Below, one piece after another: positions 51,665 through 62,695 of a DNA stretch of 62,695 nt. A program made the translations under genes and the position numbers. Within the stretch, counting starts at the first letter, position 1. Every line of letters begins with the position of its first letter. The notes under the pieces are model-generated. The model saw only the letters and a program-made list of their open reading frames with translations. It made no database searches and was not told the origin of the DNA. Source of the stretch: Girardia tigrina (lineage: Eukaryota); NCBI GenBank assembly GCA_001938485.1, contig MQRK01187577.1, positions 34,571 through 97,265 on the forward strand. Reading direction: 5' to 3'.

Positions 51665-52424
51665 TATTTCAGCTCTTTTTAATTTGACGAAAGTAAAAAA
51701 AATCATTGTTTTGAGGTGTCTTCCGTGCTTCTTCTGCTCAACAAGAACGACCCGTTTCTCGATCGGATTGTGACGTGTGATGAGAATTTGATTCTCTACG
51801 ACAATCGGCGACATTGGGCACAATGGTCAGACCGCAATGAGGCTCCTCACTACTTTCCGAAAACAAAACTCCACCAAAAGAAGGTTATGATGACTGTTTG
51901 GTGGTCTGCAGCTGGTCTCATCCATCACAGCTTTCTGATTACTGGTGAAACGATCACCACAGACAAGTACTGCCAACAAATTGACAAAATGCATCACGAG
52001 TTCCGATGTATGTACCCGAGATTGGTCAGTATGAAGGTGTCAATTCTCCTCGACAACAACGCCCAGACACACATCGCAAAATCAACCCTACAAAAGCTAA
52101 ACGAATTGGGCTACAAAACTCTGCCTCATCCACCCTACTCACCGGACCTCTCACCCACCGACTACCATTTTTTCAAGCATCTGGACAACTTCCTTCAGGA
52201 AAAATGTGAAAAAAACCAAGATGAAACCAAGGACGACTTTAACGCTTTCATCGCATTCAGAACCCAGGAGTTCTACACTAGGGGCATCAATGAACTTGTT
52301 TCTCACTGGCTAAAATGTATTGATTCTGATGGTTTTTATTTCGATTAATTTCGTTTATTCTTTGCTGAGTTACATTTGTTTAAAGTTAAGGTTCAAAAAC
52401 CCGCATTGATTTGCAACAATCTAA
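51665..52424 (+). mobile_element. 5'-truncated mariner, cecropia/Hsmar1-like transposase
   Basis: ORF 51716-52348: PFLDRIVTCDE, LHQKKVMMTVWWSAAGLIH, LPHPPYSPDLSPTDYHFFKHLDNFL; right TIR followed by TA. Confidence 0.92.
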
Positions 52425-53116
52425 TATTTTATATCCATTTAAATAGTTTATTTTTTAAAACATAATATAGTTGATTCTAATTACCAATTTCAAAAATTTA
52501 AACTTAACAGATTATTATCATTTAACTATGTTCGAATATTCAATTACCATAAATGCAAATTCAACATATTACATCCATACATTTAGAATATTCCTCAAAC
52601 ACACAAAAATAAATTTTTAAACTTGATAAAAATTCATTGCAGTTGTGATACCTCACCTTTGTGGAATGAAACGTGTTAATGATTTTACACTAGTGTATTA
52701 TTTTCTCTGTATTCTTTTTGCTTGTAATCATTTTTCTTAGAGTGTTCATGTTCTTTCTTTTGTGTGTTTTGTGTATGTAATAACTTTTATTATCGTATAA
52801 CCTTTGAGTCTCCACTAGAACCACAATGATTTTTTTTATTTGTTTTTCATGTTGAATAATCTACGTGATTACTGAAGTAGAGAAACAATTAAGATTCAAG
52901 AAGAAAGTCGTCAAAATAAAAGAATTCAAAGGCCTGAAAGAAAGAAAAGGAAAAATGATCCCAGTTGCAAATTATCACAATAATCATAAGTATAATTATC
53001 ACATAATAATTATGATCGATCAAAAAATTCGATCAAACATATTATGACAATAAAAATTTTTAACTATGGACTTAATTACCGCTGATTGTATCTTATGCAG
53101 GTTTTTTATGAATTAA

Positions 53117-54265
53117 GGGGGCATTGCATAATTACATAACGCCAAAAATAGCCATTTTTCAACCACCCACCCACCCTGTAACGCCTGGTAACGTTTCCAT
53201 AGACNNNNNNNNNNNNNNNNNNNNNNNNNNNNNNNNNNNNNNNNNNNNNNNNNNNNNNNNNNNNNNNNNNNNNNNNNNNNNNNNNNNNNNNNNNNNNNNN
53301 NNNNNNNNNNNNNNNNNNNNNNNNNNNNNNNNNNNNNNNNNNNNNNNNNNNNNNNNNNNNNNNNNNNNNNNNNNNNNNNNNNNNNNNNNNNNNNNNNNNN
53401 NNNNNNNNNNNNNNNNNNNNNNNNNNNNNNNNNNNNNNNNNNNNNNNNNNNNNNNNNNNNNNNNNNNNNNNNNNNNNNNNNNNNNNNNNNNNNNNNNNNN
53501 NNNNNNNNNNNNNNNNNNNNNNNNNNNNNNNNNNNNNNNNNNNNNNNNNNNNNNNNNNNNNNNNNNNNNNNNNNNNNNNNNNNNNNNNNNNNNNNNNNNN
53601 NNNNNNNNNNNNNNNNNNNNNNNNNNNNNNNNNNNNNNNNNNNNNNNNNNNNNNNNNNNNNNNNNNNNNNNNNNNNNNNNNNNNNNNNNNNNNNNNNNNA
53701 TGATTAAATGTGGAAAACAAATGAATTTAAAAAAAAATGTCTTTTGAAAATTTATTTGAAATTTTAACTCTATATAATTATATCCGTCATACATGACGGG
53801 TTATTTACTAGTTATTATTATTTGTTTCAGAAAGAATTATTACTGGGATCATTGCATGGTAGAACATTTTGAACAAAGTTGAAAAAGTTGAAAATATTAT
53901 TTGAAATTGACATAAAATTAATGTCAATTATTTATAATAACATTTGACATTGTCTAAAATAAATTTTAATATTTCATTAATGCAAAAATAATGACAGTAA
54001 CTAAATGTATTAAAACAAAAGTTTTAAAATGCATTAAATTGACAGAATTAAAATGAAATTTGCGTTATTTAAATTTTGAAATTGTATTTCTTGTAACTTG
54101 TATTAAATAATTTTGTCTTAAGACACTACAGTCGTGCCTTAATTTTTAAAAAAGCGTTACGTAACGTTCAGTGACCATCACCCACCCGCCCACGTAACGT
54201 TTTATAACGTTTTCAAGGACACCACCCACCCACCCTCGAGCGTTACGTAATTATGCAATGGCCCC
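53117..54265. mobile_element. Zator/Harbinger-like MITE with a nested Helitron end (53783-53811); spans an N-gap
   Basis: TAA-gggggcattgcataattac...gtaattatgcaatggcccc-TAA; nested hairpin ccgtcatacatgacgg followed by CTAG|T. Confidence 0.8.
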
Positions 54266-54779
54266 TAAAGAGTTTTTTTTCTTGTTATTTGGTTATTTCT
54301 TGATGATAATTATTTTATTTTCACTGTCGTTAAATTAGCCTAACTCAATTCCGTGATATACATTGAGTTAGACTGGTTTAGTTTAGTTAACACAGTTTTC
54401 ATTTTATAGTAAAAATAGAGATTTGACAACACGCCCAAATCTCTATTTTTACAGCAGTGTTCCATATTCAACCATCATCTTTCACGGTTCAATTTAATTA
54501 TCATGCATGTCCCTCGTCCGGTTTTGTTATGGATGGAGATGCGCTACAACCTATTGTGATAATTAATTCGAAAATTGCCAACAAATATCGAATATCGCAC
54601 GAATAACAAGTCTCGGGAGTCAATGAATTGAGTTTTATTAAAAAATACAAATTTTACAAAGGGCGGTCAATCACATTTCAAGACAAATATCACAGATTAA
54701 ATTATCTTTCTTTTTTTTATAAAACAACTTTCCATTCTCTAACAACAGATGCTCACTCCTTCACTCTGTTTGTCAAATG

Positions 54780-55613
54780 TTATTTCCAAATGTCTGAGAA
54801 TTTGTCTGTGAATTTCTTCAACCCACAAAATCCATTCAACTGACTCATATAAAATGCCAATTCGAGTTTGACGATTCCGTGTTGCGGTCCGTTATCCATC
54901 ACAATATTCATTTCCCTCATTCTCAAGCGCAGTTGGGATTTGAAGATATTATGGATTTTGAGAAACAATTCCGTTTCTCCGGAGGTCTGGTAGACATCAC
55001 AAATAGCCTCGTGGAGTTTACTCAGGTGCTGGCAGATGAATCTGGTTTCACTGCTTGGGGTAGGTGGTTTGCCGGTCCAAGAGGCCATTCGAGACTTTAT
55101 TCTGTCTTCCATCAATGATATTAATTTAGCGTTAATGTTGTCAATGTGATCACGATACGATTGCTCAACTGAGGACAGTTGTGACAAAAGACTTGGTTTA
55201 ATTACAGTGAGATTAGAAAATTGGGTTGATATTCGAGGAGTTAAAGCAAGAACGAGCTGAAGAGATCTGGCTGTCAATGCTAAATTTCGAGCAGTGATAG
55301 TTTCTAATTCCACAAGTTGTCTGGCCTTAGCCCCGAGAACTAACTGACAAGATCGAGAATTAAAAGTCTCCAATAATGTTATAAGATGACTCAATATCAG
55401 TTCTGGGATAGAGGGAATCTGGCGTAGATCAATGGCACATTGACAATATTCAACAATCATCTGAAATAGCATGAGGGCCGCCGCGACAACAGTAAATCTA
55501 TTATGATCGAGTTGTAGTGACTGATGGCTGATTTGGGGTTCTGGGACAGAATTAATTCCATTTTTATCCAACAGTGATAGACCAGTCTGATTTGATATAT
55601 GTTTTGCTAACTC
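54780..55613 (-). CDS. VPS54: Vacuolar protein sorting 54 (GARP complex), last coding exon
   Basis: LLETFNSRSCQLVLGAKA...TITARNLALTARSLQLV...PPTPSS...NGPQHGIV are characteristic of the Vps54 C-terminus. ttttcag acceptor at 55614, stop at 54780. Upstream exons not found in the window. Confidence 0.95.
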   Translation of the reverse strand, partial: ELAKHISNQTGLSLLDKNGINSVPEPQISHQSLQLDHNRFTVVAAALMLFQMIVEYCQCAIDLRQIPSIPELILSHLITLLETFNSRSCQLVLGAKARQLVELETITARNLALTARSLQLVLALTPRISTQFSNLTVIKPSLLSQLSSVEQSYRDHIDNINAKLISLMEDRIKSRMASWTGKPPTPSSETRFICQHLSKLHEAICDVYQTSGETELFLKIHNIFKSQLRLRMREMNIVMDNGPQHGIVKLELAFYMSQLNGFCGLKKFTDKFSDIWK

Positions 55614-55966
55614 CTGAAAATATCCAAAATCACATTACAATTTTTGTAACAAAATACAATAAACTCAAGAATAGCAAATCAATTTATGATAAAAATCGGT
55701 AAATCGAAAGCAATTAGACATTCGGTTTTTGGAAATTTGTTGTGAGGAACACATCATTCCATCGTACATTTTCAAATCCAAATTGTACGAATATTTATCA
55801 TCAGAAGATGTCAGAAGTGATGTTGATTTCTGTCACTTTGTTATTTCGGATAATATTGGTAAAAATGTATGTAATGATAAAATTGAGACACAAAATAAAA
55901 ATAAACTTGAAAAAAGATGGCAATTTTTTATTATAAACAAATAAACGCCATTTAAAAATATATTTT

Positions 55967-56010
55967 AGGATAATATATTTCGACGGTTTAACCGTCATCA
56001 TCAGATCACT
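55967..56010 (-). ncRNA. Minimal type I hammerhead ribozyme motif (Penelope-type)
   Basis: GAU-CUGAUGA-U-GACGGU uaa ACCGUC-GAAA-UAUA-UU-AUC on the minus strand. Confidence 0.8.
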
Positions 56011-56225
56011 GATTATGTTCTTTTTTATTGCTTTTATATAAGAAATGAATGATTATGCAATCAATTACATAAGTCTAATCGAAAACTCTTAACAAATTAG
56101 TTGAGGGTGCTGTTTGAACATTGATTTTAGGATCACATGATCTTATCAACAATGCTTCACATGTCACTCTCTCCCAATAATTCTTAAAATGCTTGCTTTT
56201 AAAAGCAATAAAAAAGAACATAATC

Positions 56226-56269
56226 AGTGATCTGATGATGACGGTTAAACCGTCGAAATATATTATCCT
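56226..56269 (+). ncRNA. Minimal type I hammerhead ribozyme motif (Penelope-type)
   Basis: CUGAUGA 56232-56238; stem II 56240-56254; GAAA 56255-56258; palindromic AUAUAU; predicted cleavage after 56264; stem I GAU/AUC. Confidence 0.8.
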
Positions 56270-56349
56270 AAATATATTTTTAAATGGCGCTTATTTGTTT
56301 ATAACAAAATAAAAAGTTAAATAATTTACGGTGTATTTAAATTTGATTT

Positions 56350-57630
56350 GAAAAATACAATTTTAAATTTAAGTGATAGTCATTTATCAAATGAAGAAAT
56401 ATCTATTAAAATTCCTGTCCAAAAATTTCTACGAAGGAAATTTATACGAATAAAAAATGGAAATGTTTACGAACATTTAAGACTATTCCAACCCTTTTTG
56501 AACAGATATACACAATCCATGGGCTACAACATCATGTGTCAATTCCATTGGTGAATGCGTTACTTCCAAATAAAACTCAGAAATGCTACACTAAATTCTT
56601 AAAAGCAATAAAACAGTTATTACCAGGAGTGAATTCAATTACAGTTCTGGTCGATTTTTAGCAAGTAATGATAAATGTTGTAAACATGGAATTTCCACTT
56701 TCATTAAACTTTCATTAATTGTTTTTTTTTTCATTTTTGTCAATGTCTTTATAGAAATCTTCAATTAAATTATCACAAGAAAGAGTATGATTCCGACTGT
56801 GAATATGCACTTAGAGTTAAAATGCTTGCTGCGTTAGCTTTTCTTTCTACTGATTTTGTGGAAAATTAAACAAATAAATACTATAATGAACACATAGTTT
56901 AATCTAATGCTCAAGGTATTTTAGATTATTTTGAAGATACATGGATTGATCGTTCTGACCGACTTAATCGACGTCAGTTCCCATGTTATCAACTTCATCT
57001 ATGGAATTTGTATGAAGCTGTCACACTGAAACTACCGAAAACAAATAATTCCATAGAGGGTTGGCACCGGGGCTTCTAATCTCAAATTTCATCCCATCAT
57101 CAAAATAAATGGAAATTTATTAATGCAATTAAACCCGAGCAAACTTTAAATGAGCTGCACATAGAACAATATGTTAGTGATCATCTTCCACCATCAGGTA
57201 AAAAGAAATACAAGGATTCTGCTAAAATTATCTCGAGTTGTGGGAAAATTTTTACCCAATGACATAAAAATGAAATATTTACGTTGAGTAGCTAATAATG
57301 TATTGAAAATGTATTTTTTAATGTATTGTAAAAATATTTACCAAAATCTAATAAAATATTACAGTAAACCCGGTCATGGTTGCAGTAAATATGTTTTATA
57401 TTTTAAACTTGTTTCCAAAACATTTTGTTAACAGAAGTTATTACATCTATTGAAAATCTGAATCAAATGATAATACAAAAATAAAATTTGTATTATATAA
57501 TAAAAATAAATTTTTATTTGAAAACTTTTATTTGTATAAGTTTCCATTTCTTAGTCGTATAAATGTCTGTTCATACAAATGCTAGTCATATAAATTTCCT
57601 TCGTATGAATGCTTTTGAATAAATTTTCTA
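56350..57630 (+). mobile_element. Mutator-like (MULE) transposase pseudogene with repeat-rich right TIR
   Basis: FFHFCQCLYR, KMLAALAFL, LDYFEDTWI, LPKTNNSIEGWH motifs; 15-bp subrepeats at 57550-57630. Confidence 0.85.
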
Positions 57631-58099
57631 GAATCATTAAAATTTGGTTAAGAATCATGCGTTTTGGTTAAGTCTGAAGAATGCAAGTTAATGAATTTAA
57701 ATTTAAATCACAGGTTGAAAATATGTTTAGATATTAAAATCATGCAAATGCCGTCTTAATAAATAAAATGTTGATCATTTTAAAAACGTGTTAAAAACGC
57801 AAAGAAAGTATTGGTAAGTTGATGGATTTGCAAGAAAAATTGTATATTCCAAATCGATAGTTGAAAAAATAACTCGAGAAACTGTTGATAATTTCATAAA
57901 ATCGTAAAAGGAAAAATTAAATAATATAATAAATAACGAAAAAATAGAAATCAGATAGATAATAATAATAGTTATAATATTGGTTTTGTTTTGACTATTC
58001 ACCACTTTGAACAATTTAAAAAATTCAAAAACTCTATTAAGAAATATGATGAAAATAATTTATTAAATTATAAAATTGTGTTAATAGCATGTAATGTAG

Positions 58100-58420
58100 A
58101 AAGGTTGTTCAGTACTCCAACAGGTTTATGTTCCAATCTTGTTTATCAGTATCAATGTAATGGGTGTGGCGAGACATACATCGGAGAGTTGTCATCATAT
58201 CTGTAAACGAATTCAGGAACATAATCGAAAGGAAAGTGATAGCAATATTGCTCAACATAGAAAGTATTGTTGAATAGAAGAGTTGATTTAAGTAATTTTA
58301 AGATTGTGTTCACAATTTAATAATTACTGCGGGAGTGTACTGTGTGGATGATCAAATCTTTCGATCCTAAAATCAATGTGCAAACACCATGTTTAACTTT
58401 ACATGAAAATACTTTTATGA
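58100..58420 (+). mobile_element. Penelope-like GIY-YIG endonuclease remnant
   Basis: SNLVYQYQCNGCGETYIGE...RIQEH...SNIAQH...PKINVQ. Confidence 0.82.
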
Positions 58421-60292
58421 TTTAGAAATTACATAATGATTAAATAAACAAATTTTTCGAAAGGTTTTACTTGAAATTTTGTTGTGTTAAAATTGTTTCA
58501 TTCGTAAATAGTGTGCAAAAACACCGAATTTAAGAAACCATGACCAAAGAAACAATCTATGTACTTAAGAATGTTTAGTTTAAGTCAAATCGTATAATGA
58601 ACATATGTTTTGCACAAGATAGCGATTTAAAACAAAATAAAAACCTTTTCAGACTACGTCGACCAAGTAGAACACAAAATGAATTTCGGGTAGTAGAATA
58701 GATGATAATCCAAACTACTAATGAACATAAAAATGAATTGAATTACAACGTGTTGAAATCACATTGAAGTTCTTAATCAGATCTTAACGATAAACTGATA
58801 TTTACACAATGAAAGACTTAATCAAAGGAAACTAAAAATGTTACTAATACAATGTTTGTGTATAAAACTATCTGAGAGTGTTTGTCTAAAATGAGAATCG
58901 TCATTAGACTTTATACGGTAGTGCATAAAATAAATACTGTAGTTCTACATAATTGAGCCAGTGATCGCCGCCGAAGATGGACCATACATTATAATAAAAT
59001 ATATTTTGTTGATTTTTCAAGGCTTTTCAATTAGTTTGTCCAATATCTGGATTTTCTACCTTGTTTTAACCATCAATGCGTAATTATGTATACATGAATC
59101 AACTATTAGATTTTCGTAATATTTTAACAAGCCAAGAAACAGTCTTCTACGACGCTATAAAACAAGAAGGGCTTTGTAACACCAGTTTGTTTTTACTTGT
59201 TTTAACATATTATAGACAACTAAATTTTTCTTTCTCATAAAACTCTTGCATATCATATTTATCATCCATATATATAATAAGAAAAACTCCGAATTATTAA
59301 AATATTTTAGAAAGGCACAATATTGTCTCATTTATATTTTATACTTCTTAAAAAATAGAATTTCAATAAATTCTTTAAAGGGATTTTAGAAAATGAAATG
59401 TTTATAAACGGAAAATAAAAGATGAAATAAGAGGTCGGCACGAATATTAGGAACTCTTGATAAAAAGGTCGTATAACCAAAAGAGCATCCTATTGCACTT
59501 AATGTCGTAACATTGATATCGTCAATTGAAAAGACAGGATTAAAAGAAGTGGGACGATTTTACACTCGAAGGCGCCAAAAGACGTGAACAACAAGAATTA
59601 ATCATAAATTTTAATGAGTAAATTCCATATTAATATGAGTATGAACAACTGTTCTAATCAGTAATTTAACTTATAATACATTTAATTCAACGATTATTCT
59701 ATTCTGAAATATATTTACTTTAATGTCAAACTTTTTCCTGTACTTCAAGTGAATAAAATTAAGCACAAATATTTAGTAACATTCCCACACTTCCTGATCA
59801 TTTGAACGTGTTTAGAAAGTGACTACAAACATCCACTATTGAAAAATAAAGGGCCTTAATTTCTCAAGTCAAATTTGTGTATGCCTACCAACAGCAACAG
59901 TATGTTTGGGATATGTTACTGTAGAAATAATATTGTGTCATTGCAATCCGTTCAGATATTTCACTGGTTCAGAATTTGTATAATTTCATGTATGAAGTCA
60001 GAAACAGGGGGGAGAAACTAAGAAATTGCGTACATGGAGATCTCTAATGAATTAAATTTGTTGAACAGCTAAAAGACAAAAGAGAGAACACAGCTATCTC
60101 ATTCGGAATGATAGCGGTTTATTTCCATTCACAACATTCCCATCCAAATCACTTAGGTTAAATGTTATAAAACATGTTTTGTTTGATTAAGATATATTAC
60201 AAATTATATTTGGTTTTAGAATGCAAAAGTAAATTAATATTTTACACTTCCAAACTATCACAAGAATAAATATTCAAAATGAAGCAACATTA

Positions 60293-61455
60293 CAGTAAAA
60301 ACTCGCTATAAAATTCCATATTTATAAGATATATTTCTCCACAAGGAACAATATTTGTATTGTATTAGGTTGTCCTAAAAGTTCCCGGTCAAGAATGAAA
60401 AATACAATTTTTTGTGCAAGAATTTATTTTAAATAAATAACAATTAATCTTCAAAGTACAGTCCATCGTTTTCGACTACTTTCTGCCAACGGTCTGCAAA
60501 CTTTCGGATCTGGTCAAAGTACCATTCCGGCTGCTTCGAATTGAACAACTCTTGACATGCTTGTTCAACTTCATCGAATGTTTCGAATTGGCGGCCTTTC
60601 AAGAAGTGTTGCATGGATCGGAAGAGGCCATAGTCGGATGGAGCGCAATCAGGGCTGTAAGTAGGATGCGACAGGATTTCGACTCCAACAAACTCTTGGA
60701 ACCTGCCCGTGGTCTTCTTGGTGGTATTCGGCTTGGCATTGTCTTGTTGAAGCAGTCCACGTTTTCGGGTGATTAAAGCAGGGTACTTCTCCTTGAGTTT
60801 CTCGTAGACACGGTCCAGCTGTTGACAATAAAGCTCTGCATGGATGGCATGGTCGTTCTGAACTAACTCAAAGTGCACGACTCCCTCAAAGTTCCACCAG
60901 ATGCACAACATGATTTTCAAGCCAAATCAATCTTGTTTTGGAACTGACGACGTTGCTTGACCCAGTGGAACCCATCGCTTGTCTAATTCATTTTTCTAAA
61001 AGCGGTCATCTCGTTGATTCTGTAGCAGTTGTCGGAAAATTTGGACTCTGTTATCGGCATGTGCTTTGGTAAGTTCGTGTGGATCTTGGCGCGGTTTCTT
61101 GTGCACAAAGTCGAGATGCTTCAAATGCCAATGTATAGTTTACTTGACAACTCTAAGCTTAAATACCAAACCGCGAGTGCTTGACGAAGGCTTCATGTAC
61201 AAGTCCGCTTGCAAGTCATCGTTATCCAAATTGTTTGGTCGTCCAGAACGAGGATTGTCATTTAAGTCAAAATTACCTTTATTGAAACGCTTGAACCAAC
61301 CAATTGCCGTACTTTTTCCGACCTTTTATGCACCTTCAACTTTGCAAATTGCCTTGACAGCATCTCGTGTTTTCAAGCCTTTCTTCCAATAGTGATGCAG
61401 CAACATACGGATTTCAAGCTTTGAAATCTCGTAGTCCATATAATACTATAAATAA

Positions 61456-61487
<32 letters not shown>

Positions 61488-61712
61488 CAATATCAAATAA
61501 ATAATGAAAAAGGAAATTTGAAAAAAATTGTAATTTCATTATTGACCGGGAAATTTTAGGACAGCCTAATATAATGCATAATATACATAAATGTAATGAC
61601 TTGGCATTCGCGGTAACTGGAAAGCTGATTAAAGCAACAGTGCTGAAATATTCTAGTTATAGAGAGGTAGTTTTCTCGGTCCCAAATACCTCCTTATAGA
61701 GAGGTTTTACTG
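60293..61712. mobile_element. pogo/Tigger-type MITE hosting the mariner
   Basis: cagtaaaaactcgctataa ... ttatagagaggttttactg TIRs. Confidence 0.55.
60365..61569 (-). mobile_element. Near full-length mariner with a disrupted transposase (61439-60444)
   Basis: TA-flanked TIRs ttaggttgtcctaaaagttcccggtcaa; MLCIWWN, QDNAKP, HPTYSPDCAPSDYGLF; stops and deletions in the 5' half. Confidence 0.93.
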
Positions 61713-61739
61713 ATCATCAAAAATGAAACAGTTTAATAT

Positions 61740-61913
61740 TGTGAGGGATATTCGAATGATGTTTGAATGACGTATGAATATGTTTATTGTACGCTTAATT
61801 TTGACGCTTGACATCTCTCCCTGGACAACTGGAATCAATTATTATCAAATTCAAAAGAAATTATTATGAATTGTATAATTATTTAATTGTTATTTCACAG
61901 TTAATAAAATATA
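61740..61913 (+). mobile_element. 5' part of a diverged tgtgagg-family LTR
   Basis: tgtgagggatattcgaatgatgtttgaatg start; cut by a mariner. Confidence 0.45.
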
Positions 61914-61914
61914 T

Positions 61915-62385
61915 TGGGTTGGCCAAAAAGTCAGCGTTTTTTACTAAAATATTTATTATCAAAAAATGACATGGATGCACAAATATTTTTACACGATATA
62001 CAGTCCATTATTTTCAATCACTTCCTTCCACCTTTCCGGTAGCTTCATTATTCCTGATTCATAAAAACCTTTGCCTTTGTCAGCAAAAAAGCCGTCTAGG
62101 AACTATTTGATGTCATCATCCTGGCGAATGTTTTTTATGTTTAAGGAATTCTGCAGTGATCTAAATAAGTGAAAATCTGATGGGGCCAAGTCTGGAGAAT
62201 ACGGTGGGTACGGCAAAACCTCCCAACCCAGTGATAAGAGTTTCTGGTGAGTGGTTAAACTTGTATGCGGTCTTGCGTTATCATGCTGAATTACAACTCC
62301 TTTACGATTTGCCAATTCAGGACGTTCCTGTTGAATTGAATGAGCTAATTTCTCCAGCTGACCACAATTATTCATCAATTTTCTT
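61915..62385 (-). mobile_element. Mariner 3' fragment
   Basis: RPELANRKGVVIQHDNARPH...PPYSPDLAPSDFHLFRSLQNSL; TIR ttgggttggccaaaaagt. Confidence 0.9.
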
Positions 62386-62695
62386 GGAATAATTGAAAAC
62401 TGAGGGTACACTAAAATTGTCTTTTCTGACCCAGAAAAGTTATTTTGTCCTTTTGAGTGCATTATGAAAAGTGCTTAGTATTTTTTTTAAAATTCTGTTA
62501 TTATTACTTTTTAAAATTTATGGATGAGTTTACCCACCATCCCTCCCTCATCCTTTCAGACTAACTTTTATTTATCAGTTTTTCTTATTTTCTTTATTTT
62601 TGTCTTTTCTGTACTTTTAACTATTTTCCCCTTGAGGTACTTAGCAGGGCGTATCTTGCTGTATTTCCCTCGTACAGATTTTTCTTATTTTCTTC

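Larger units (their letters stand above)
55931..56304 (-). mobile_element. Penelope-like element 3' end with inverted pLTR
   Basis: About 105-bp inverted arms 55931-56036 and 56200-56304. The spacer encodes (minus strand) FKNYWERVTCEALLIRSCDPKINVQ...*, a GIY-YIG C-terminus homologous to 58320-58390. Confidence 0.85.

Noticed and set aside
59780-60150. Upstream VPS54 exon
   Set aside because: No Vps54-like open frame with splice sites recognised.

Overview
AT-rich (roughly 70-75% AT by eye), repeat-dense animal genomic DNA with N-gaps. The 45-57 nt introns and the transposon spectrum suggest a planarian-type flatworm (inference, not established). Three spliced host genes can be built by hand. 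(1) A minus-strand EEIG1/FAM102-family NT-C2 gene, coding exons from 21460 to about 1546. (2) A plus-strand ZC2HC1-like C2HC zinc-finger gene, 27713 to about 48594, head-to-head with the first across a likely bidirectional promoter at about 23.0-23.55 kb. (3) The last coding exon of VPS54 (minus, 55613-54780). Most of the remainder is nested, decayed mobile DNA: mariner, maT/Tc1, pogo, a plant-type DD39D element, hAT, piggyBac, MULE, Helitron/HINE, Zator/Harbinger-like elements, gypsy LTRs, an R2-group non-LTR element and Penelope-like fragments. The most notable observations are: a 3.9-kb Sola2-like element (GGG...CTC ends, about 105-bp TIRs, 4-bp AGTA TSD) carrying two host-gene-like fragments plus a Polinton-type DNA polymerase remnant; an inverted Penelope pLTR pair with two intact minimal hammerhead ribozyme motifs in a VPS54 intron; and an LTR family whose solo copies repeatedly end in TA instead of CA.
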